Source: an uncultured bacterium (lineage in GTDB: Bacteria > Sysuimicrobiota > Sysuimicrobiia > Sysuimicrobiales > Sysuimicrobiaceae). From it: a stretch of 64,000 bases of DNA. Below the pieces are notes generated by a model that was not told the DNA's origin, did not search any database, and saw only the letters and a program-made list of their open reading frames with translations. Each line of letters opens with the position of its first letter. The first letter of the stretch is position 1. Below are positions 19,194-27,186 of the stretch, piece by piece. The position numbers were made by a program, and so were the translations under genes. Location: the NCBI GenBank assembly GCA_938028835.1, contig CALIMJ010000027.1, positions 6,959 through 70,958 of the forward strand, read 5' to 3'.

Positions 19194-20069
19194 CTAGACC
19201 CGTCGGTGGAAGGGCCGGCCCAGGAGCCCCTCGGGTCGGAACAGCAGCACCGCCACGATCACCACGAAGCTCAGGGTGGCCTTGTACTTCACCGACACGT
19301 ACCCCGCGAACACGCTCTCCGCGACACCCAGGATCAGGCCCCCGGCGACCGCGCCGGGCAGGCTGTCCATACCACCGAGGACCGCTGCGGCGAACCCCTT
19401 GAGGAAGGGGTCCAGCATCATGAAGGGGTCCAGCAGCACCGCGGGGGCCAGCAGCATCCCCGCGGCCGCGCCCAGAGCGCCGGCCACGGCCCACGTGGCC
19501 GCCAGCACCTGACCCGCCGGCACGCCCAGCAGCTGCGCGGCGACCGGGTTCTGCGCCACCGCCCGCATGGCCAACCCCAGCCGGGTCCTCTGCACCAGGG
19601 CGGACAGCCCCGCCACCAGCACCAGACCTACCGCCAGGGAGCCAGCGGTGAGCTCGCTCACCACCACCCCACCCAGACGGAAGACGCGGACCTCGGACAG
19701 CGGGAAGGGGAACACCTTGGTGTCCGTGCCCCACACCCACACCATCACGCCGCTCAGGAACAGGGCGAACCCCAGGGTGGTGATGACCAGGCTGAGGGCC
19801 GTGGCCTGCCGGACCGGCTTGATCAACAGGCGGTAGAAGGTCGCGGACACCGCCGCCGCCCCCGCGAGACCGGTGAGGAGGGCGAGGCCGTAGGGCCAGC
19901 CCCGTGCCACCCCGCTGAATGCGAGGAACACCCCCAGCGTGGCCAGGTCGCCGTGGGCGAAGTTGAGGACCCGCGAGCACCGGTACAGCAGGACGATCCC
20001 CAGCGCCACCAGGGCGTACAGGCTGCCCGCGGCCAGACCGTTTGCCACGTACTGCAGCAGCAGGGTCAC
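19194..20069 (-). CDS. LIV-type ABC permease (LivH-like)
   Basis: GSLYALVALG, NFAHG, GLAMRAVAQN, LGG.DS..GA. Confidence 0.88.
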   Translation of the reverse strand: MTLLLQYVANGLAAGSLYALVALGIVLLYRCSRVLNFAHGDLATLGVFLAFSGVARGWPYGLALLTGLAGAAAVSATFYRLLIKPVRQATALSLVITTLGFALFLSGVMVWVWGTDTKVFPFPLSEVRVFRLGGVVVSELTAGSLAVGLVLVAGLSALVQRTRLGLAMRAVAQNPVAAQLLGVPAGQVLAATWAVAGALGAAAGMLLAPAVLLDPFMMLDPFLKGFAAAVLGGMDSLPGAVAGGLILGVAESVFAGYVSVKYKATLSFVVIVAVLLFRPEGLLGRPFHRRV

Positions 20070-21049
20070 AGGGGCCAGGTCCTCCAGTACCGCTGGATCC
20101 GCAGCCACCGGGCAGCTAGCCCGCCCGGCTCGAAGCGCAAAACGAGGATCACCGCGGCCCCGTACAGCACGTTGAGCACTTCCCCCATCCCCGACAGCGC
20201 CTGGGGCAGCAGGGTGAGGAGGACCGCCCCCAGGATGCTGCCGCTGATGGAGGCGAGTCCGCCCACCACCACCATGGAGAAGAAGTACACGGACTCGAAC
20301 AGGGTGAACAGCTGGGGCTCCAGGAAGCCCACCACGTGCCCCATGAGGGCTCCCGCGACCCCCGTGTACAGGGCGCTGAGGGCGAAGGCGAGGGTCTTGT
20401 AACGGGTAAGGTTCACCCCGGACACCTCCGCCGCCAGGTCGCTGTCCCGGATGGCCACCCACGCACGGCCCACGTACGACCGGACCAGCCGCACCGCTAC
20501 CCACACCAGCAAGCCGGCCACCACCAGCACCGTCCAGTACAGCGCCCGCTCGTCCTTGAGGGAAACGCCCAGCAGCTGCACGTCGGGTAGGAACAGCCCT
20601 GACCGGCCGCCGGACAGAGCCTCCCAGTTCACCAGCACCTGGTGCACCGCCAGGCCGAAGGCCAGGGTGGCCACGGCCAGGTACGGTCCCGTAAGCCGTA
20701 GGGCCGGCAGGCCCACCGCGTACCCGAACAGGGCGCTCGTGACTGCGGCGCCGACCAGGGACGGCAGAAAACCCCATCCCAGGCGGGTCAGCAGCAACCC
20801 GTGGGTGTACGCACCCACCGCGAAGAACCCAGCGTGACCCAAAGAGATCTGACCCGTGTACCCCACCAGCAGGTTCAGCCCGACCGCCACCACCGCGTGC
20901 ACCGCGGCCAGGGTGACCACGTAAAGGGCGTAGCGCGGGGCGACCAGGGGCAGGAGCACCAGCCCGCCGGCTAGGACGAGCAACCCCGCCCAGCCCGTCC
21001 AGCCGGAGACCAGGCGCAGGTCCTGCGCGTAGGAGGTACGCAGCTCCAC
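20066..21049 (-). CDS. LIV-type ABC permease (LivM-like)
   Basis: GLNLLVGYTGQISLGHAGF, YLAVATLAF, AIRD, VVGG; start approximate. Confidence 0.88.
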   Translation of the reverse strand: MELRTSYAQDLRLVSGWTGWAGLLVLAGGLVLLPLVAPRYALYVVTLAAVHAVVAVGLNLLVGYTGQISLGHAGFFAVGAYTHGLLLTRLGWGFLPSLVGAAVTSALFGYAVGLPALRLTGPYLAVATLAFGLAVHQVLVNWEALSGGRSGLFLPDVQLLGVSLKDERALYWTVLVVAGLLVWVAVRLVRSYVGRAWVAIRDSDLAAEVSGVNLTRYKTLAFALSALYTGVAGALMGHVVGFLEPQLFTLFESVYFFSMVVVGGLASISGSILGAVLLTLLPQALSGMGEVLNVLYGAAVILVLRFEPGGLAARWLRIQRYWRTWPL

Positions 21050-21128
21050 CACGTAAGCGAACACTTCGGCTCTGTCCGTAGCTTCCCTGCCGCAGGACCC
21101 CGAGCCCGGACCCGCGAAGCGAACCTCC

Positions 21129-23060
21129 GTGCGGCTCCTGTGGGCGGTCCTGTGGGTCGTGGCGGTGGCGCTGTCCCGGGCGTGGGCACAGGCTGGACCC
21201 CCTGACTTGGCCGGCAGCTGGGCCGCCTCGCGGATCCAGGGGCTCCTGGAACGCCGGGTGGTCGACACCGACCCGGACGGCCTGTTCCGGCCGGAGTCCA
21301 CCCTCACGCGCGCGCGGTTCGTCCGGTGGTTGGTGGCCGCGCGGGGGTTGCCCGCGGTGCGCCCAGACCGGGCCAGCTACCCCGACGTATCTATTTCCAG
21401 CCCGGAGGCAGTTTTCGTGGAAGCGGCTGCGCGGTACGGGCTGCTGCCGGAGGAAAGCCGGTTCCGGCCGCAGGAGCCCCTGCGCCGGGCTGAGGCGGTG
21501 GACTGGGTGGTGCGGGCTCTTGGCTACGCGTGGGAGGCCAGCTGGCTGGCTGCCCGGACGAACGCACAGCCCTCCCGTGCTCCCCTCCTCCTGGCCGTCC
21601 GCACCGAACCGCCCCTGCTGCAGGAGCCGTGGGGTGACCTCCGGCCTGACCGCTTCATCACCCGCGCGGAGGCCGCGAGCCTCCTGTGGGCCTACCTGCG
21701 GGCCGTGGAGGAGGGGGTGCGGCTGCGCTACGAGGAAGAGCTGGCGCCGGGGCTGTTCCTGCTGGCCGAAAAGCGGGGCGCCCTGCGTGCGCTGCCCATC
21801 TGGCGGGTGCAGGTAGGGGCCTTCGCCAACCCTGACAACGCTCAGCGGCTGGCAGCCCGCATGCGGTCGGCTGGCCTGGTGGCGTTCGTGGACGAGGTGG
21901 ACGGGCTGTACAAGGTCCGGGTAGGCTCCTTCGCCACGCGTCAGGAAGCAGGGGAGCTGGCACAGCGCCTGAGGGTGGAGGGGCTGCCCACATGGGTGCT
22001 GTCCACGGTGCGGGACCTCGATCGACTTCCCGTGCCGCAGTGGATCGTGGCTCTGCGGGTGGATCCCCGGAGGTTCGAGGTGCGGCCGGCGCTGGCTCGG
22101 GATCGGGTCCCGGGACGGGAGCGCACTTCGGACATCGCCAGGCGTGCGGGCGCGGTGGCGGCTACGAACGGCGGCTTCTTTGCTCCCGACGGCGACCCGC
22201 TGGGAGGACTGGTCGTAGACGGCGAGTGGGTCAGCGAGCCCGTACCGGGTCGCTCCTGCCTGGGGCTGGGGGACGGCGTCGGGCTGGTGGACGCCCTGGA
22301 CTGGTACGGGGAGGTGCTGACACCGGCCGGCGCGCTGCGGCTTTCCGGCGTGAACCGCAGGCGCAGGCCGGGCGAGGTGATCCTGTTCACGCCTCGCTAC
22401 GGGGACCTCACGCCCGCCGACCCCTCCGGGGTCGAAGTGGGGGTGGTAGGGGGGATCGTCCGCGAAGTCAGGTCTGGCGGCAGCAGTCCGATCCCCTCCG
22501 ACGGGTTCGTGCTGTCCAGTAGTGGCTCCGCGGCCCCCGCCCTGGAGGTTCTCCGCCCTGGCGATCCGGTGCGGGTGTTCCTGTCCCTGCGGCCCGCCTC
22601 GGGCGACCCACGCTGGCAGAAGGTCCGCCACGTGGTGTGCGCCGGGCCGCGCCTGGTTTCCGGAGGCGTGGCCGGCCCCTCCCACGAGGGCTTCCCGGAA
22701 GGTTTCCGGGATCGCCGGCACCCGCGTACCGCGGTCGGCGTGGCCGCGGACGGCAGCCTGCTGCTGGTGGTGGTGGACGGCCGGTGGCCGGAGCACAGCC
22801 TGGGCATGACCCTCTCCGAGCTGGCCCGGGAGCTGGTGCGCCTGGGTGCCGTGGACGCGGTCAACCTGGACGGCGGCGGGTCTGCGACCCTGGTGGTGGG
22901 AGGAGCGGTGCTCAACCGCCCCTCGGACGAGGGGGGCGAGCGGCCGGTGAGCGACGCCCTGGTGGTGCGGCCGCGGGGCTCGTCTATCCTGCCTTCGCGG
23001 CCAGCTGGAAGATGGGCAGGTACAGGGAGATCACCATGGCCCCCACCACCAGGCCCATGA
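21129..23060 (+). CDS. Exported SLH + SPOR + phosphodiester glycosidase (NAGPA-like) protein
   Basis: Signal peptide; SLH-like FRP...TRA; SPOR WRVQVGAF; NGGFF, HPRTAVG, VDGR, NLDGGGS. Confidence 0.82.
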   Translation: MRLLWAVLWVVAVALSRAWAQAGPPDLAGSWAASRIQGLLERRVVDTDPDGLFRPESTLTRARFVRWLVAARGLPAVRPDRASYPDVSISSPEAVFVEAAARYGLLPEESRFRPQEPLRRAEAVDWVVRALGYAWEASWLAARTNAQPSRAPLLLAVRTEPPLLQEPWGDLRPDRFITRAEAASLLWAYLRAVEEGVRLRYEEELAPGLFLLAEKRGALRALPIWRVQVGAFANPDNAQRLAARMRSAGLVAFVDEVDGLYKVRVGSFATRQEAGELAQRLRVEGLPTWVLSTVRDLDRLPVPQWIVALRVDPRRFEVRPALARDRVPGRERTSDIARRAGAVAATNGGFFAPDGDPLGGLVVDGEWVSEPVPGRSCLGLGDGVGLVDALDWYGEVLTPAGALRLSGVNRRRRPGEVILFTPRYGDLTPADPSGVEVGVVGGIVREVRSGGSSPIPSDGFVLSSSGSAAPALEVLRPGDPVRVFLSLRPASGDPRWQKVRHVVCAGPRLVSGGVAGPSHEGFPEGFRDRRHPRTAVGVAADGSLLLVVVDGRWPEHSLGMTLSELARELVRLGAVDAVNLDGGGSATLVVGGAVLNRPSDEGGERPVSDALVVRPRGSSILPSRPAGRWAGTGRSPWPPPPGP

Positions 23061-24201
23061 ACACGATCATGGCAGGTTCCAGGGTGCTGGCCAGGGTGGC
23101 CACCGCGGCCTCGACCTCCGTGTCGTAGAAGTCCGCCACCTTCACCAGCATCTCGTCCAAATTCCCGGCCTCCTCGCCCACCTTCACCATCTGGACCACC
23201 ATGGGCGGGAACAGCGCCACCTGGGACAGGGGGATGGCGATGCTCTCGCCTTCCCGGATGCTGGCCCGGACCTTCCGGATGGCCTCCTCCACCACCACGT
23301 TGTCCACCGCCTTGCTGGTCACTTCGAAGGACTGCAGCAACGGCACGCCCGCGCCCAGCAGGGTGCCCAGGGTCCGGGCGAACCGGGCTAGGATGGTCTT
23401 GTGGATGACGGGCCCGAACACCGGGAGTCGCAGCTTCGCCCGGTCCCACCACGCTCTGCCGATCGGCGTGCGCAGCCACCGGAGGAAGCCCCACACCGCG
23501 AGGGCGATCCCCGGGATCCACACGTACCAGAAGGTCCGGAGGACGTAGCTGATGGCCATGACGATCTTGGTGGGTACCGGCAGGTCGCCCACGTTCAGCT
23601 CCTGGAAGAAGACCACGAACTCCGGGATGATGACCATGGTCATGAACAGCAAGGCGCCCGTGGCTGCCAGGGTGAGGATCACGGGGTACACCATGGCGGA
23701 CTTGATCTTCTGTCGCAGGGCGAACTCCTTCTCCAGGAAGGTCGCCAGGCGCTGCAGCACGTCGTCCAGGACTCCGCCCGCCTCTCCCGCCCGGACCATG
23801 TTCACGTACAGGGAGCTGAAGGCCTGCGGGTGCTTGGACAGCGCCTCTGCCAGGGTGCGCCCCTGCTCCACGTCCGCCCGGACCTTGCTCAGGATCTCCC
23901 GCAGGCGGTGGCTGGTGGTCTGCTGTTCCAGGATGGTCAGGGACCGGACCAGGGTGAGGCCGGAGTTCACCATGGTGGAGAACTGTCGGCTCATGAGGGC
24001 CAGGTCCCGCAGGGAGATCCCGCGGAACAGGTCGAAGAAGCTGCGGGCCTCTCCGGGTCCGGCCTTGGCGCGCTCGATGGCGGTGATGAAGAAGCCCATC
24101 TGGTGGAGCTTCTCCGCCACCTGGGTGTCGTTCTCCGCCTCCAGGGTTCCGGTGACCACCCGGCCTGTCTGGTCGCGGGCGGTGTACTGATAGACCGCCA
24201 T
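22984..24201 (-). CDS. pilC: Type IV pilus platform protein (GspF family)
   Basis: RQFSTM..SG, AGEAGG.L, SAMVYP, GEEAG.L..ML, LEP..I. Confidence 0.92.
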   Translation of the reverse strand: MAVYQYTARDQTGRVVTGTLEAENDTQVAEKLHQMGFFITAIERAKAGPGEARSFFDLFRGISLRDLALMSRQFSTMVNSGLTLVRSLTILEQQTTSHRLREILSKVRADVEQGRTLAEALSKHPQAFSSLYVNMVRAGEAGGVLDDVLQRLATFLEKEFALRQKIKSAMVYPVILTLAATGALLFMTMVIIPEFVVFFQELNVGDLPVPTKIVMAISYVLRTFWYVWIPGIALAVWGFLRWLRTPIGRAWWDRAKLRLPVFGPVIHKTILARFARTLGTLLGAGVPLLQSFEVTSKAVDNVVVEEAIRKVRASIREGESIAIPLSQVALFPPMVVQMVKVGEEAGNLDEMLVKVADFYDTEVEAAVATLASTLEPAMIVFMGLVVGAMVISLYLPIFQLAAKAG

Positions 24202-24217
24202 GGGTACCCTCCTCCCT

Positions 24218-25372
24218 TCACGCGATCATCTTGCGCAGCTCCTCGGGGTGGATGGCCTTCCCGATGGCGTCCTCGAAGGAGATCAGGCCTCGATGGTACA
24301 GGTCGCGCAGGGACTGGTCCAGGGTCTGCATCCCCCACTCCGCGCCGGTCTGGATCGCGGACTCGATCTGGTGCGTCTTGCCCTCCCGGATGAGGTTGCG
24401 GATGGCGGGGGTGGCGAGCATGACCTCCACCGCGGGCACCCGCCCGATCTCCTCCAGGGTGGGCCAGGTTCGCCGTAGGGTGGCCACCGCGCCGGACCGG
24501 CGGGCTGCCGCGTAGCCCTCCTGGCTGCCGAAGCGCCGCAGGAACAGCTGGTTGGGCAGGAGGATCTGGCTGACGACCGCCTCCAGCACCGAGCTCAGCT
24601 GCACCCGCACCTGCTGCTGCTGGTAGGGCGGGAACACGTCGATGATGCGGTCGATGGACTGGGCGGCGTTGGCGGTGTGCAGGGTGGCGAACACCAGGTG
24701 ACCGGTCTCCGCGATGGTGAGCGCCGCCGCGATGGTCTCCAGGTCTCGCATCTCGCCGATGAGGACGACGTCGGGGTCCTCCCGCAGGGCGGCCCGCAGG
24801 GCGTTGGGGAAGGACTGGGTGTCGAAGCCCAGCTCCCGCTGGTTGATCACGCTGCGCTTGTGCTCGTGCAGGTACTCGATGGGGTCCTCGATGGTGACGA
24901 TGTGGCAGCTGCGCTCCTCGTTGATCTGGTTGATCATGGCCGCCAGGGTGGTGGACTTCCCCTGGCCCGTGGGTCCCGTGACCAGGATCAGCCCCCGTGG
25001 CTTGCGGGTGAGCTCCACCAGCACGCTGGGGAGGTTCAGATCCTCCAGGTGCGGGACCTCGTGGGGGATCACCCGGATAGCCACCCCCACCGCCCCCCGT
25101 TGCCGGTACACGTTCACCCGGAACCGGCCCAGACCGGGGATCCCGTACGACAGGTCCAGCTCCCAGTTCTTCTCGAACTTCTGCTTCTGCAGGGTGTTGA
25201 GCATGCTGTAGGCCAACTGGTAGGTGTCCTCCGGGGTCAGCACGGGGTAGCCCGCGAGGGGGGTCAGCTTGCCCCACACCCGCATGATGGGGGGGACCCC
25301 TGCCGTCAGGTGCAGGTCGGACCCCTGGTGGTCCACCACCTCCTTCAGGAGCTGCTCGATGTTCATGCGCAC
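24218..25372 (-). CDS. pilT: Type IV pilus retraction ATPase
   Basis: SDLHL, GPTGQGKSTT, TIEDPIE, LREDPD, AETGH, AIRNLIRE, GMQT. Confidence 0.93.
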   Translation of the reverse strand: MRMNIEQLLKEVVDHQGSDLHLTAGVPPIMRVWGKLTPLAGYPVLTPEDTYQLAYSMLNTLQKQKFEKNWELDLSYGIPGLGRFRVNVYRQRGAVGVAIRVIPHEVPHLEDLNLPSVLVELTRKPRGLILVTGPTGQGKSTTLAAMINQINEERSCHIVTIEDPIEYLHEHKRSVINQRELGFDTQSFPNALRAALREDPDVVLIGEMRDLETIAAALTIAETGHLVFATLHTANAAQSIDRIIDVFPPYQQQQVRVQLSSVLEAVVSQILLPNQLFLRRFGSQEGYAAARRSGAVATLRRTWPTLEEIGRVPAVEVMLATPAIRNLIREGKTHQIESAIQTGAEWGMQTLDQSLRDLYHRGLISFEDAIGKAIHPEELRKMIA

Positions 25373-25390
25373 GACCCCCTTTCCGGATCC

Positions 25391-26947
25391 CTAGCTGCCG
25401 GCCACCAGGGCCTCCCGCGGCCCATGGAGCAGCCCGGCCTCCTTGAGCTGGCTGTAGATCTCCACCACCTTCGAGAAGCCCCGGAAGTCCGCCCGGTACT
25501 CCTTCTCGTGCTTGTAGCCCAGCTCCACGAACTTGTTCAGGGTGATGAAGAAGGCGAACTGCACGATGTTGGCCTCCGCCTCCGGCGCGTCCCGGTTCTT
25601 GTCGACGAACAGGTTGAGGATGTCGATCTTCGGCAGTTCCTCCGGGTCCAGCCCCTCCTGACGGGCCTTGGACTCCAGGTACTCCCGCAGGTCCCGGGTA
25701 GCCTTCCAGTCCTTGACCAGCACCATGGCCACGTCCAGGTCGTACTCCAGATCGCCTGAACCCACGCTGTGGTGCATGGTGGGCCGCTCGTACAGATCCG
25801 ACTCCCCGTCGTCCTCCGCGGGCCGTTCGTCCAGGCGGCAGCCCTCCTTGTCCAGGGGCGAGATGGCCAGAATCGGGGCTCGCAGCTCCAGGCTGAGCTC
25901 CGCCAGCTGCGACGAGATCAGGTCGGTACGGGCCTTGTCGTCCGCGACGGGCTCGTCCAGGGGGATCTTCTGCAGGTAGTCCAGGCAGATGAGGATCCGG
26001 TCGGTGTCGTGCTCCTGCATGACGTTGTAGGCGTGGGCCTTGATCCGGTCCAGGGTGTCCCTGCGTCCGGCCTCCACCAGGTACAGGTAGGGCGCAAACC
26101 GGTACACCTCCTCCTCCGCGGCCCGCAGCTTCGCCAGGCTGAGCGGGGAACGGTCCACGGTCCCCGCCAGGATGTCCGCCGGGCTCACCAGCATCTCCTT
26201 GGCCAGAAGCCGGGCGCTCAACACCTTCACCGTCTGCTCCCAGGAGTAGAAGAGGACGGGGATGCGGTGGTTGCGGGCCACGTAGCTGGCCAGCTGCAAC
26301 GCCAGGTTCGTCTTGCCCCGCCGGGGCGCCCCGGCCAGCCCGTAGTAGAAGCCCGGCCGCAGCCCTGAGAGCAGTCGGTTCAGCCGATCGAAGGGCGAGA
26401 TGGAGTACCCCAGGAGTCCCCCCGCGGAGGGATTCTGGACGTTCTCGATGAGCTCCGCCACCACGTCCCCGACGGGGACCAGCCGCTGCCGCAGGCGCCG
26501 CTTCTGGATCTCGAACAGCTCGCCTACCACCTCGCCCACAAACCGGACCAGGTCCCGGGAGCCCGCTCGTTCCCCCTGACGGAGGAAGTCCTGGATCCGG
26601 CGCTGGACCGCCTCCAGCCTGCGGCGGCTCTCCCGGGCCTTGAGCACGTCCAGGTAGCTGGCCATCTGGGCGGCGGAGGGCGGACGGGTCAACCGCACCG
26701 CCTGCAGGAGGCGCTCCATCTCGGGGGTCAGCAGTCCCCGCTCCTGCACCTCGTGACGCACGCTCAACTCGTCCAGGGAAGCGGCCCGAGCCATAGCCAG
26801 CTCCAGCACCACCTTGCTCAGCCGCTGCGCCACGGGGCTATCCAGCATCTCCGGCGCGAACCCCTCGTTGAGGGCCAGGCTGATCAGGTGTCGGTCGGCT
26901 ATCAGCCCCGCCACGATCGCCACGTCCAGCTCGTGCCGTGCGTCCAT
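25391..26947 (-). CDS. Divergent DnaB-like (SF4) helicase/ATPase
   Basis: Walker A GAPRRGKT, FYSWEQ, LDYLQ, SGDLEYD.D, DKNRD parallel the DnaB H1-H4 motifs. Confidence 0.7.
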   Translation of the reverse strand: MDARHELDVAIVAGLIADRHLISLALNEGFAPEMLDSPVAQRLSKVVLELAMARAASLDELSVRHEVQERGLLTPEMERLLQAVRLTRPPSAAQMASYLDVLKARESRRRLEAVQRRIQDFLRQGERAGSRDLVRFVGEVVGELFEIQKRRLRQRLVPVGDVVAELIENVQNPSAGGLLGYSISPFDRLNRLLSGLRPGFYYGLAGAPRRGKTNLALQLASYVARNHRIPVLFYSWEQTVKVLSARLLAKEMLVSPADILAGTVDRSPLSLAKLRAAEEEVYRFAPYLYLVEAGRRDTLDRIKAHAYNVMQEHDTDRILICLDYLQKIPLDEPVADDKARTDLISSQLAELSLELRAPILAISPLDKEGCRLDERPAEDDGESDLYERPTMHHSVGSGDLEYDLDVAMVLVKDWKATRDLREYLESKARQEGLDPEELPKIDILNLFVDKNRDAPEAEANIVQFAFFITLNKFVELGYKHEKEYRADFRGFSKVVEIYSQLKEAGLLHGPREALVAGS

Positions 26948-27186
26948 GGGTGTCAACACTTCCCTCCTGCCCCGGTGGGGTCCTTCAGGGAGCTGTTGGA
27001 GCAAGTTTCGTTCCAGGAGGCGGGGTTGCCTTGCGGGCCCCGGGGACCTGTGCTACTGTCCCGTCATCCCGGGGCCGTGGCCTAGGGCGACGGGCGGCGG
27101 GGTACAATAATTGCTCTTTGCGTAAACTGAGAGGCAGGACGGCGGTGGCCGGGGGGGCACCGGTGGCGAGGAGCCGGGAGCGGACC

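Noticed and set aside
14527-21049. Acyl-CoA ligase plus LIV-type transporter as a novel system
   Set aside because: This association is common; substrate cannot be determined from sequence
19194-22796. 1200-aa minus ORF as a giant protein
   Set aside because: Only the last ~291 aa (LivH-like) are credible; the rest is shadow of other genes
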